Assembly (NCBI GenBank): GCA_964462675.1
Contig: CAYWYS010000002.1
Coordinates: 42,110 to 106,109, forward strand
Source of the DNA: an uncultured Thioalkalivibrio sp.
GTDB taxonomy: Bacteria > Pseudomonadota > Gammaproteobacteria > Steroidobacterales > XN24
Length of the DNA stretch: 64,000 nucleotides
Direction: 5' to 3'
Made by a program: the position numbers and the translations under genes. The notes under the pieces are model-generated. The model worked only from the letters and a program-made list of their open reading frames with translations, did not search any database and was not told the origin of the DNA. This document shows positions 18,922-30,647 of the stretch, piece by piece (the stretch's first letter is position 1; every line of letters begins with the position of its first letter).

Positions 18922-20991
18922 TCACTCCACGGCGGTCCAGCGCGCCAGCCACGTCTCCACGGCGCGGTGCCACTGCACCGAGTTGGCCGGCTTCAGGATC
19001 CAGTGGTTCTCGTCCGGGAAATACAGGAACTGGCTTGGAATACCTTGTCGCTGCAGTGCTGTGAACGTGGCCAGCCCCTGCTCGAGCGGCACCCGGAAAT
19101 CGTTTGCGCCATGGATGACCAGCATCGGTGCGCGCCACTGGCTGACCAGGTTCACCGGATTGTGCAGTTCGAAGCCCTCCGGCTTTTCGAAATGCGGGCC
19201 GCCCTTCTCCCACTCCGGGAACCACAACTCCTCGGTCGAGTAGTACATGCTGCGGTTGTCGAAAATGCCGGAGTGGCTGACCAGGCACGCGAAGCCATCG
19301 GGCCATGCCCCGGCGATCCAGTTGATCATGAAGCCGCCATAGCTGGCGCCGAGCGCACAGGCGCGCCCGGCGTCGAGAAACGGGAACTGCTCCTGCGCTG
19401 CGGCCCAGCCCTTCTGCAGGTCCTCGAGCGGCTTGCCGCCCCAGTCCCCGCTGATGCTGTCCGTGAACGCCTGGCCGTAGCCGGTCGAGCCGTGGAAGTC
19501 GATGAACACGACGGCGTAGCCCTGGCCGGCGTAAGTCTGGGGATTCCAGCGATAGTGAAAGTTGTTGCCCATGCTGCCCTGCGGCCCGCCATGGACAAGG
19601 AACGCGACGGGGTAACGCTTGCCCGGCTCGAAGCCCACCGGCTTCACGACCCAGCCGTACAGGGTGGCGCCGCCGGCGCCGGCGAAACTGAACTGCTCGT
19701 ATTCGCCTAACTGAAGCGCCGCGAGCTGCGTCGCGTTGTGGCGGGTCAGCTGCCGCTCGCCGCCGCCGCGCAGGTCGACACGGAACAGCTCGGCCGGCGC
19801 CGCGAGATGCTGGCGCGCAAATACGACCGCGCCCCGGCCGACGTCGAAGCCCGCCACGGTGCCGTCCCCGCTGACGGCGCTGGCCCGGCCGGAGCGGAGG
19901 TCGAGCGCAAATAGCCGCCTGTGCCCGAGATCGTCGGACCACGTGAACAGCGTCCGCCCGTCCGGCGAAAACGCCAGCTCATGCGCCGAGCGGTCCCAGC
20001 CGGGCGCAACCTCGCGCGTGGTCCCCGTTCGCAGGTCGCGCAGCATGACGCGATAGCGATCGGCCTCGAAGCCCGCGCGGCTCATCGCTAGCCATGCCAG
20101 GTAGCGGCCGTCCGGCGAAAACAACGGCGTCGTGTCGGTCGCCGGATTGTCCGGAGTCAGGTTCTCGGGCGCGGCCACGCCGCGCGTCGCGACACGCCAC
20201 AGGTCGGTGTTAGTCGACCATGCCTCGGCCTGCGGCTCGACCCGCGCCACGAACACGACGTGTTCGCCGTCGGGACTGAACACGACTTCGCCCGCGCCGC
20301 CGAACGGCAGCGTCGGCACATCCGCGTCGAGGCCACGGCTCAACAGGCGCGGCGGGCCGGCCCGGCCGTCCGCGTCGAGCCCGGCGATGAACAATTGCGA
20401 GCGGCGGCCGTCTTTCCAGCCGTCCCAGTGGCGTACGAACAGCCGCTCGTGCAGCACGCCGGAAGCCTTGTCCTGCTGCCGCGCGGCCAGGCGCTGCGCA
20501 GTGCAGGCGAGATCGCCCTCGCAGTCCAGCAACACGTTCAGGCCGACCACGAGCTGGTCGCCCCGCGGCGACAACACGAAGATGCGCACCGGCAACGGGT
20601 AATCGGTGACCTGCCTCGCCTCGCCGCCGTCGAGCGGCAACATCCAGACCTGCGCCGAGCCCGAGCGATCCGAGATGAAATAGACCGCCCGGCCGTCCGG
20701 CGCCCAGCGCGGTGCCGAGGCGTTGGACAGCGGCGTCGTCAGCCGGTCGGGCCCGATCGAGCCATCGGTGCGGACGCGCCAGATGCCGGTCAGGCCCCGA
20801 TTGCCGTCGATGTCGGTCTCGCGCAGCACGTACGCGACGTGTCGCCCGTCCGGGGACAGGACCGGATTGGATACTCGTGCCAGCCGCACGAGATCTTCGA
20901 CATCGAACGGCCGCGCATGTACCGGCTGGAAAAGCGCCGCGACAAGCGCCGCGAGCCACGGAACAAGCTTGTTAAATGACATGATATTCAT
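18922..20991 (-). CDS. S9-family (prolyl oligopeptidase/acylaminoacyl) peptidase, exported
   Basis: Signal peptide; propeller repeats (SPDG); 'VHGGPQG', nucleophile GASYGG, 'HGANDFRVP', 'FPDENHWI'. Confidence 0.95.
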   Translation of the reverse strand: MNIMSFNKLVPWLAALVAALFQPVHARPFDVEDLVRLARVSNPVLSPDGRHVAYVLRETDIDGNRGLTGIWRVRTDGSIGPDRLTTPLSNASAPRWAPDGRAVYFISDRSGSAQVWMLPLDGGEARQVTDYPLPVRIFVLSPRGDQLVVGLNVLLDCEGDLACTAQRLAARQQDKASGVLHERLFVRHWDGWKDGRRSQLFIAGLDADGRAGPPRLLSRGLDADVPTLPFGGAGEVVFSPDGEHVVFVARVEPQAEAWSTNTDLWRVATRGVAAPENLTPDNPATDTTPLFSPDGRYLAWLAMSRAGFEADRYRVMLRDLRTGTTREVAPGWDRSAHELAFSPDGRTLFTWSDDLGHRRLFALDLRSGRASAVSGDGTVAGFDVGRGAVVFARQHLAAPAELFRVDLRGGGERQLTRHNATQLAALQLGEYEQFSFAGAGGATLYGWVVKPVGFEPGKRYPVAFLVHGGPQGSMGNNFHYRWNPQTYAGQGYAVVFIDFHGSTGYGQAFTDSISGDWGGKPLEDLQKGWAAAQEQFPFLDAGRACALGASYGGFMINWIAGAWPDGFACLVSHSGIFDNRSMYYSTEELWFPEWEKGGPHFEKPEGFELHNPVNLVSQWRAPMLVIHGANDFRVPLEQGLATFTALQRQGIPSQFLYFPDENHWILKPANSVQWHRAVETWLARWTAVE

Positions 20992-21097
20992 CCGCTAATT
21001 GTTTGTTTTTATTATATTATTAATAGCGATTCCCGAAAGCCGGGGCCGCGCCGAAGGATCGCGACAGCGGCCTGCGAGCCTGCCAGAATGGGTTGCG

Positions 21098-21727
21098 TCA
21101 GCCGCCCGCCTCCGCACCCCAGACCTGCTCGAGCCTGCGATCACGCCCGCAATTGTAGCGGTAGTAGCGGTAACGGACAGGGTTCTTCTGGTAGTAGTCC
21201 TGGTGATAATCCTCGGCCGCGTGGAAGGTGTCGCCGACCGGCTCGATGCGCGTCGCGACAGCCTCGTCGAAACGCGCGGCGACCTCCGCCAGCGAAGCCT
21301 CGGCGGCAGCGTGCTGGGCATCATCGTGGTAGAAGATCGCGCTGCGGTATTGCGCACCGCTGTCGCAGAACTGGCGGTCCACGGCAAACGGGTCGATGTT
21401 GCGCCAGAAGACCCGCAACAGCGTATCGTAGCTGACCCGGCCCGGATCATAGACGACTTGCACGACTTCCGCATGGCCGGTCAGCCCGGCCGCGACCTGC
21501 CGGTAACTCGGATTGCGCTCAGGCCCGCCGGCATACCCCGCGGTCGTCGAGATCACGCCGTCGAGCTTGTCGTAGGGCGGCTCCATGCACCAGAAGCACC
21601 CGCCCGCGAAAGTCGCCACGGCGCGCTCGCCGGAATCCGCCGCCGCCGGCGACTCGCCGCTCGCCAGGCCAGCGAGCAACGCCAGCGCCGGCAGCCAGGC
21701 CAGCGCGCGCAACACGCGCCGGTTCAA
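21098..21727 (-). CDS. msrA: Peptide-methionine (S)-S-oxide reductase, exported
   Basis: 'FAGGCFWCME', 'GHAEVVQV', 'AEDYHQDYY'. TTG start overlaps the msrB stop; N-terminal signal peptide. Confidence 0.93.
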   Translation of the reverse strand: MNRRVLRALAWLPALALLAGLASGESPAAADSGERAVATFAGGCFWCMEPPYDKLDGVISTTAGYAGGPERNPSYRQVAAGLTGHAEVVQVVYDPGRVSYDTLLRVFWRNIDPFAVDRQFCDSGAQYRSAIFYHDDAQHAAAEASLAEVAARFDEAVATRIEPVGDTFHAAEDYHQDYYQKNPVRYRYYRYNCGRDRRLEQVWGAEAGG

Positions 21728-22245
21728 GAGGGCTCCCGCAGCGCCGGCAGCGCCTCGCCGTGCGGCACGAACTCGAGCGCGAGGCCGTTGTTGCACCAGC
21801 GCTGGCCGGTCGGCGGCGGGCCGTCGTTGAACACGTGTCCCTGGTGCCCGCCGCAGCGGCTGCAGTGGTACTCGGTGCGCGGCCAGATCAGCCGGAAGTC
21901 GCGCTTGGTGCCCATCGCGCCTTCGAGCGGGCGCGTGAAGCTCGGCCAGCCGGTGCCGCTGTCGAACTTGTCCGCGCTGTCGAACAGCGGCTGGAAACAC
22001 GCAGCACAGATGTAGGTGCCGTCGCCGTATTCCTTGTCCAGCGGGCTGCTGCGCGGCGGTTCCGTGGCCTCCTCGAACAGCACCTGGTAACGGTCGCGCG
22101 GCAGGATCTCCCGCCAGCGCTCGTGGCTGACGCGAATCCGGCCCTGCGGCTCCGCGACCGGGCCCGACCCGCGCGCCGAGCGCGGCAGCAGGACGGGCAG
22201 CAGTGCGGCTGCCACCATGTGGCTGAGAACAGTGCGTCGTTGCAT
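21724..22245 (-). CDS. msrB: Peptide-methionine (R)-S-oxide reductase, exported
   Basis: 'CAAC', 'KFDSGTGWPSF', 'RTEYHCSRCGGHQGHVFNDGP', 'RWCNN'; MQRR.. Tat-like leader. Confidence 0.95.
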   Translation of the reverse strand: MQRRTVLSHMVAAALLPVLLPRSARGSGPVAEPQGRIRVSHERWREILPRDRYQVLFEEATEPPRSSPLDKEYGDGTYICAACFQPLFDSADKFDSGTGWPSFTRPLEGAMGTKRDFRLIWPRTEYHCSRCGGHQGHVFNDGPPPTGQRWCNNGLALEFVPHGEALPALREPS

Positions 22246-22314
22246 TGCGGGCGCCTCCTCGTGTGAACCCTTCGACCGATGTGTTCGCCCGAGGTTCGCA
22301 TGCGGAGTCGCCCG

Positions 22315-22352
22315 AAAGAAGCGGCCCGGCCGCGCGCAGGCGACCGGGCCGC
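22315..22352 (-). terminator. Rho-independent terminator after nirS
   Basis: Minus strand: GC stem GCGGCCCGGTCGC / GCGGCCGGGCCGC followed by TTCTTT, 11 nt after the stop codon. Confidence 0.7.
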
Positions 22353-22363
22353 GTCCGCTGCAC

Positions 22364-24526
<2,163 letters not shown>

Positions 24527-26773
24527 TCAAATACGCCCCGACCCGAAGCCGAGGTTGAACGAAACACTGATGCTGCGTCCCGGCGCGGACAGCGCGGGGA
24601 TCAGCGGGTCGCCTGCGGGTAGCCGGCGCACTTCGCCCCAGCGCCACCAGGTCTTGTCGCCAAGGTTGAACAGGCCGACCCGCAGCGACAGGCGCTCGGT
24701 CGCGTGCCAGGCTGCCGTCAGGTCGACGATGCCGTGTCCCGGGACGCGGAAATACGTTTGCTCCGCATCGCCCTCGCGGCGTTTGCCGCGCGCGAACAGG
24801 CCGCTGAGCCGCGCGTCCCACCGGCCGGAGGCGTCGGCCCAATCGAGAAACAGCACCGCAGACGCGGGACCCACTTCGTCGAGGTCCGCGCCGCTGCGCC
24901 GGTCCTCGCCGCTCGCCCAGAAGCCTGACACCCCCGCGCTGAATGCGTCGAGCGACGCCGCCAGGAGGCCGAGCGGTGCGCCGGCCTCGAATTCGAAGCC
25001 CTTGATGCGCGCCTTGTCGATGTTCTGCGACTGGAACAGCAGCGTGCCGGTGTCGGGGTCAGGCCCGAGCGGCACGAGCGAGACAATGAAGTCCTCGTAG
25101 TCAGTCCAGAAGCCGGCCACGCTGAGCCAGGCGCCGGCGACGTTCGCTCTGAAGCCCAGTTCCCAGCCGAGCGACGATTCCGATTCGAGCTCGGGGTTCG
25201 GCAGCGCGCGCGTCCGGAACAATGGAATGTCGAGGCCGATGTTCAGGTCCTCGGCCGGGGGCGCGCGAAATCCGCTCGCGACCTGGCCCCAGGCCTGGAA
25301 GTCGCGGGAGGCATGCCACAACGCGCCGAGCCGGGGGGAAACATCGCTGACCGTCTGTTCCGCGAGTTCCGCCTGCGGATTCGAGGCGCGCCACAGCGGG
25401 TCGTCACGCACCCGGATGCGGGTCTCGTCGAAGCGCAGCGCCGGGATCAGCGTCCAGCGCCCGGACGCGGCATCGATCTCGTCCTGCAGGAACACGCCCC
25501 ACTCGTCGCTGGTCGTAACCGGGAAGTCGCGGCGCGGGAACTGTTCGCCGAGCACCACATTGCTGCTCTGCCCGTCCAGCAAGCCGGTCTGCAGCGCATC
25601 GCGGAACTCCTCGATGCGGGTGCGGCCAAACTCGGCGCCGAGCATCAGCCGGTGGCGAACGCGTTCACTCGCATACTCGCGCGACGCGCGGGCGCGGGCG
25701 CCGCTGATCGTCGTGTCGTAGCGGAATTCCCGGTCGATGCGCACGGGCCGCGCGAGGTTCTCGCGCAAGTCGGCGGTGTCCTGGCGCGTGCGCGTCTCCC
25801 GATGGAACACCGCGCCATCGAAGTCCGTGCCGGCGCGACTGGCCTGGCCGTCGAGCGCGACGCCGACGCGCGTCGTGCGGTCGTCGCCCGCAAGGCCCGT
25901 CGTGCTGGCGAAGCGCCCCTCGCCCAGGAAACTGTTCATCTCCGACTTCGCCTCGTCCTCGTCGGCATCGAGCGTGAACCGCAAGCGCCCGCCCGCCCCG
26001 CCGGCCAGCGTCAGCTTGGCAAGCAGCGCGCCGCGGTCGCGGTCCAGCCGGTCGGGATTGGGCGGATCGGCCGAGCGGTCGGCCTCATGTCCCTGGCGGT
26101 AGCTGCCGCCGACGAGGAACCCGGCCGTCTCGCCCTGCCACGCGCCGATGGCGCTGGCGCCGAGCGCGTCCCAGTCCCCTGAGTACGTGCCACGCAGCTG
26201 GCCGCCCGGCAGGCCCGGGCCGAGCGCGAAGTCCTCCGGATCGAAGGTCGATACGGCGACCACGCCGCCGATCGCCTTTGAACCGTAAAGGCTGGAAGCC
26301 GGCCCGCGCAGCACCTCGACGCGCCGGATGAAGTCGAGCTCGGCGCCGGAGCGGCCCGCAAAGGCGACGCTGCCGACGGCGAAGCGCTCCTGGATCGGGA
26401 TGCCGTCGACTTCCATGACGATGCGGTTGCCGCCGATGCCACGAATACTCAGGCTGCGGGCCGAGAAGCGCGCGCCGGTCGACTCGACCTGGATGCCGGG
26501 CGTGTATCGCCAGAGTCCGTCCTCATTGGTCGCCATGCGGTTCTCGATGTCCGCGGCATCGAGGATCGTGACCATGCCGACGACTTCGCTCACCGGTCGG
26601 GGGCTGCGCGTGCTGATCACGACGACCGGCTCGAGCGTCAGGCGGTCCTCCTCATCGCCTGGGTCGGCAGCCTGCGCGGGGCTCGCGACCAGCAACAGCG
26701 CCAGCCAGCCTGCCGCGAGAGATCCCCTCCTCGCCCTGGCGAGCGGTGATGCCGGAGCCACGACAAGTGTCAT
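24527..26773 (-). CDS. TonB-dependent receptor of the heme/hemoglobin type
   Basis: TonB-box region 'LEPVVVISTR', plug 'IRRVEVLRGPASSLYGSKAIGGVV', 'GFRAPP...PNPEL' (FRAP/NPNL motifs), 'GLFNLGDKTWW'. Start inferred at ATG 26773. Confidence 0.9.
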   Translation of the reverse strand: MTLVVAPASPLARARRGSLAAGWLALLLVASPAQAADPGDEEDRLTLEPVVVISTRSPRPVSEVVGMVTILDAADIENRMATNEDGLWRYTPGIQVESTGARFSARSLSIRGIGGNRIVMEVDGIPIQERFAVGSVAFAGRSGAELDFIRRVEVLRGPASSLYGSKAIGGVVAVSTFDPEDFALGPGLPGGQLRGTYSGDWDALGASAIGAWQGETAGFLVGGSYRQGHEADRSADPPNPDRLDRDRGALLAKLTLAGGAGGRLRFTLDADEDEAKSEMNSFLGEGRFASTTGLAGDDRTTRVGVALDGQASRAGTDFDGAVFHRETRTRQDTADLRENLARPVRIDREFRYDTTISGARARASREYASERVRHRLMLGAEFGRTRIEEFRDALQTGLLDGQSSNVVLGEQFPRRDFPVTTSDEWGVFLQDEIDAASGRWTLIPALRFDETRIRVRDDPLWRASNPQAELAEQTVSDVSPRLGALWHASRDFQAWGQVASGFRAPPAEDLNIGLDIPLFRTRALPNPELESESSLGWELGFRANVAGAWLSVAGFWTDYEDFIVSLVPLGPDPDTGTLLFQSQNIDKARIKGFEFEAGAPLGLLAASLDAFSAGVSGFWASGEDRRSGADLDEVGPASAVLFLDWADASGRWDARLSGLFARGKRREGDAEQTYFRVPGHGIVDLTAAWHATERLSLRVGLFNLGDKTWWRWGEVRRLPAGDPLIPALSAPGRSISVSFNLGFGSGRI

Positions 26774-26840
26774 ACCCGGAATGGACTTGCGCACCGGAAC
26801 CCCCGGATCCCCTGATCCCTGGCTGGAGGAGCCTTGGGGT

Positions 26841-26873
26841 GAATATTCATGCGGAATATATATATCATTTATC
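26841..26873 (-). promoter_or_regulatory. AT-rich candidate operator (Fur/Irr-like?) in the divergent TBDR / ATPase intergenic region
   Basis: GATAAATGATATATATATTC on the minus strand matches about 11/19 of the Fur consensus by eye; a GAATATTC palindrome is adjacent; conspicuous in the high-GC background. Confidence 0.35.
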
Positions 26874-27037
26874 GGAGCAACTTGCAACATCGCCGCTGCC
26901 GGCTCGGTTCCTGCAATACTGGCGAAATTCCTTCCCAATCAGAGTGTTCAGGAATACCCTGTAATTGCTGATCCACGCTTGCCGGCACGATCGAAGACTT
27001 TCCTGCCCGTACCGTGAAGGGACCGCGGGGACAGGTC

Positions 27038-29761
27038 ATGGACGAGACTCGCGAAGCTCCGAACGAAAGCAACTGGCACAGCCTGCCGGTCGACGAGGCC
27101 CTCGCGCGGCAGCGCGCGGATGCGGCCGGGCTCAGCGCCGATGAGGCGGCCCGACGACTTGCCGCGCACGGCCCGAACCGCCTGCCCGGCGCCCCGAAGC
27201 GCGGCGCCCTCCGCCGCTTCATCAGCCAGTTCCACAATGTGCTGATCTATGTGCTGCTGTTTGCATCGCTGATCACGGCCTTGCTCGCGGAATGGGCCGA
27301 TACCGGCGTGATTCTCGGCGTGGTGCTGATCAACGCGCTGATCGGCTTCATCCAGGAAGGCAAGGCAGAGCGCGCACTCGAGGCCATCAGCAGCATGTTG
27401 TCGCCGCGCGCAATCGTGCTGCGGTCGGGGAAGAAGACGGACGTTTCCGCGGTTGAGCTCGTGCCCGGCGACGTCGTCGTGCTGCAGGCCGGCGACCTGG
27501 TGCCCGCGGACCTGCGACTGCTGAAAGCACGGAACCTGCAGGTCGAGGAAGCCATCCTGACCGGCGAATCGGTGCCGGCGGAGAAATCCACTGACGCGGT
27601 GGCGCCGGACGCCGCGCTGGGCGATCGCGCATCGATGGCATGGTCCGGCACGCTCGTGACGGCCGGCGTGGGCACCGGCCTCGTGGTGGCGACCGGCGCA
27701 GCGACGGAGATCGGCCGGATCAGTTCGCTGCTGTCGGAGGTCCAGACGCTCGCGACGCCGCTGACCCGGCAACTGGAGCGATTCGGCAAGCGGCTCAGCC
27801 TCGTCATCGGCGCCGTCGCCCTGCTTACGCTGGTCATCGGCATGCTGGTGCATGGCTACGGGCTCGAGCAGATGTTCCTCGCCGCGGTCGGCCTCGCCGT
27901 CGCGGCAATCCCGGAAGGGCTGCCGGCGATCATCACGATCACGCTGGCAATCGGAGTGCAGCGCATGGCGGCGCGCAACGCCATTGTCCGGCGACTGCCG
28001 GCCGTCGAGACGCTCGGCTCTGTTTCGGTCATCTGCAGCGACAAGACCGGCACACTGACCCGCAATGAGATGATGGTCAGCCGCGTGGCGCTGGCCGAGC
28101 GCGACTACCAGGTCACCGGCGTCGGCTACGATCCCCACGGCGCGCTGCGCCTCGGCGACCAGGAGCCGGACCATTCGGCCGACACGGTGCTGATGGATCT
28201 TTGCCGGGCCGCCTTGCTGTGCAATGACGCCGAATTCGAGGACCACGCCGGCGCGGCGAAGCTGCAGGGCGACCCGACCGAGGGCGCGCTCGTCGTGCTG
28301 GCCATGAAGGCCGGGCTCGAACCCGAGCGGCTGCGCGCCAGCTACCCGCGCGACGACACCATTCCGTTCGAGTCCGAGCGGCGCTTCATGGCGACGCTCC
28401 ACCATGACCATGAAGGCCGAGGCTTCATCTTCGTCAAGGGCGCTCCCGAGCGCGTCCTGGCGATGTGCAGCAGCGCCGCCGGCCAGGCCCCAGGCGCCAG
28501 CTTCGACCCAGATGCGTGGCTGGCGCGCGCGGAGCAACTGGCCGCCGACGGGCTGCGCGTGCTGGCGCTCGCGGCGCGCAGCCCGGCCAGCGGCCGCCAC
28601 GGGCAGCTGACGCTGGACGAGGTCGAAGAGTCCCTGACGCTGCTGGGACTGGTCGGCCTGATCGACCTGCCGCGCGACGAGGCGATCCGCGCGGTGGCGG
28701 AGTGCCGGAGCGCCGGCATCAACGTGAAGATGATCACCGGCGACCACCTCAGGACCGCGGCGGCCGTGGGAGCCGCAATGGGCATCGGCGATGGCCGCAG
28801 GGCGCTGCTTGGCGAGCAATTGCAAGGCATGAGCGACGAGGCGCTGCAGGCCATCGTGGAAGACGCGGACGTGTTCGCGCGCTCCAGCCCGGAGCACAAG
28901 CTGCGCATCGTCGAGGCGCTGCAGGCGCGGGGGCACGTCGTGGCGATGACCGGGGACGGCGTCAACGACGCCCCGGCGCTGAAGCGCGCCGACGTGGGCG
29001 TCGCGATGGGCCGCGGCGGCACGGAAGTTTCACGGCAGGCCGCGGAAATGGTCCTGTCCGACGACAACTTCGCCTCGATCGAGAGCGCTGTCGAGGAAGG
29101 CCGGACGGTCTACGACAACATTCGCAAGGCGATCCTGTTCATCCTGCCGACCAATGCGGCCGAAGCGCTGATGATCGTGCTCGCGGTCGTGCTCGGGCGA
29201 TCGCTGCCGATCACGCCCCTGCAGATCTTGTGGGTCAACATGATCACCGCCGTGACGCTTGCGCTGGCCCTCGCCTTCGAGCCGCAGGAACGCGGCATCA
29301 TGCAGCGGCCGCCGCGCCATCCCGACGAGCCGCTGCTCGGCCGGTTCGTCGTCTGGCGCATCAGTTTTGTCTCGTTGATCGTCGTCAGCGGCACCTTCGG
29401 GCTGTTCATCCAGGCGCGCGCTGCCGGCTATGAACTCGAGACCGCACGCACCCTCGCGGTCAATGCGCTTGTGATGTTCGAGGCCTTCTACCTGCTGAAC
29501 GTGCGCCACATTCTGGCGCCGACGCTCAATTTCAACGGCCTGTTCGGCAACCGCATCGCCGTGGTCGCCGTGGTCACGGTCATCGGCTTCCAGTTGCTGC
29601 TGACCTACCTGCCCGTCATGAACAGGCTGTTCCGCACGGCGCCGCTGGACGGGGGCGACTGGCTGCTCGTCTTTGGCGTGGCCTGCACTGTCGTACCGCT
29701 GGTCGAACTGGAAAAATTCTTCCTGCGCCGTCATGCGGCAAGGCTAAACTGCAAGTCCTGA
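27038..29761 (+). CDS. Type II (Ca2+/Na+-like, PacL/CtpF-type) P-type ATPase
   Basis: 'LTGES', 'AIPEGL', 'CSDKTGTLT', 'KGAPE', 'MITGD', 'MTGDGVNDAPALK'; 10 TM layout. Confidence 0.95.
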   Translation: MDETREAPNESNWHSLPVDEALARQRADAAGLSADEAARRLAAHGPNRLPGAPKRGALRRFISQFHNVLIYVLLFASLITALLAEWADTGVILGVVLINALIGFIQEGKAERALEAISSMLSPRAIVLRSGKKTDVSAVELVPGDVVVLQAGDLVPADLRLLKARNLQVEEAILTGESVPAEKSTDAVAPDAALGDRASMAWSGTLVTAGVGTGLVVATGAATEIGRISSLLSEVQTLATPLTRQLERFGKRLSLVIGAVALLTLVIGMLVHGYGLEQMFLAAVGLAVAAIPEGLPAIITITLAIGVQRMAARNAIVRRLPAVETLGSVSVICSDKTGTLTRNEMMVSRVALAERDYQVTGVGYDPHGALRLGDQEPDHSADTVLMDLCRAALLCNDAEFEDHAGAAKLQGDPTEGALVVLAMKAGLEPERLRASYPRDDTIPFESERRFMATLHHDHEGRGFIFVKGAPERVLAMCSSAAGQAPGASFDPDAWLARAEQLAADGLRVLALAARSPASGRHGQLTLDEVEESLTLLGLVGLIDLPRDEAIRAVAECRSAGINVKMITGDHLRTAAAVGAAMGIGDGRRALLGEQLQGMSDEALQAIVEDADVFARSSPEHKLRIVEALQARGHVVAMTGDGVNDAPALKRADVGVAMGRGGTEVSRQAAEMVLSDDNFASIESAVEEGRTVYDNIRKAILFILPTNAAEALMIVLAVVLGRSLPITPLQILWVNMITAVTLALALAFEPQERGIMQRPPRHPDEPLLGRFVVWRISFVSLIVVSGTFGLFIQARAAGYELETARTLAVNALVMFEAFYLLNVRHILAPTLNFNGLFGNRIAVVAVVTVIGFQLLLTYLPVMNRLFRTAPLDGGDWLLVFGVACTVVPLVELEKFFLRRHAARLNCKS

Positions 29762-29780
29762 CCGAGGGAGCCCGGCACGG

Positions 29781-30635
29781 ATGGCAGAACTATTCTCCGA
29801 AATACCCCTGCTCGGACGCACGCTGCTGATCCTCGGCGTCGTCGTCGCGCTGCATCTGGGCGTCCACCTGGTGCGCGTCGGCGGTGAGCGGCTGACGCGC
29901 ACCGAGGCGACGGCATCGGTGCGCAAGCTGCGCACGACCATTTCGCTGGCCACCAGCGTCGCCGTGTTCACGCTGTATTTCCTCGCGGTCGGCTTCATCC
30001 TGCGCGAGTTCGGCATCAGCATGGCGGCCTACCTGGCGAGCGCGTCCGTCATCGGGCTCGCCGTCGGCTTCGGCTCGCAGGGCGTCGTGCAGGATGTCGT
30101 CACCGGCCTGACGCTGATCTTCTCGAACCTCGTCGACATCGGCGAGATGGTCAACATCAGCGGACAGACCGGCATCGTCCACTCGATCGGCATGCGCTTC
30201 ATCGTGCTGGAAACCTCGCATGGCGCGCTGGTCAACATCCCCAACCGGACGATCACCAACGTCGTCTCCTACCCGCGCGGCTACGTGCGCCTGATCGTCG
30301 ACGTGTCGGTGTCGGATGACGACGAGACCAGGCGCCAGATGATCGCGCTGACCGAGCAACTGGTGCCGACGGTCGCCGAGCAGTTTCCGGGCATCATGCG
30401 CAGCCCGCCTTCGGTCGAGGGACTGGTGCGCACCAGCGCCGGGCGCTCGTTCCTGCGCCTCAAGTTCCGCATCTGGCCGGACCGGGTCGAGCCGATCGGC
30501 CAGAGCTTTCGTCAGGAACTGCTGTACCGGCTGAAGAAGCTCGACCCCGACTACGCGGACTGGATGCTCGCCGTGCATTTCGAGGTCGAGCAGCCGGTGC
30601 GGCGCGAGCGCACCCTCGGGCTGCTGCGCCGCTGA
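29781..30635 (+). CDS. MscS-family mechanosensitive channel
   Basis: 'LASASVIGLAVGFGSQGVVQDVVTG', 'GIVHSIGMR', 'NIPN'. Confidence 0.9.
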   Translation: MAELFSEIPLLGRTLLILGVVVALHLGVHLVRVGGERLTRTEATASVRKLRTTISLATSVAVFTLYFLAVGFILREFGISMAAYLASASVIGLAVGFGSQGVVQDVVTGLTLIFSNLVDIGEMVNISGQTGIVHSIGMRFIVLETSHGALVNIPNRTITNVVSYPRGYVRLIVDVSVSDDDETRRQMIALTEQLVPTVAEQFPGIMRSPPSVEGLVRTSAGRSFLRLKFRIWPDRVEPIGQSFRQELLYRLKKLDPDYADWMLAVHFEVEQPVRRERTLGLLRR

Positions 30636-30647
30636 CGCGGCCGTCGC

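Noticed and set aside
26774-26840. Cobalamin or other riboswitch upstream of the TonB receptor
   Set aside because: I see no B12-box or other conserved riboswitch core; the receptor motifs are heme-type. An Rfam scan would settle it.
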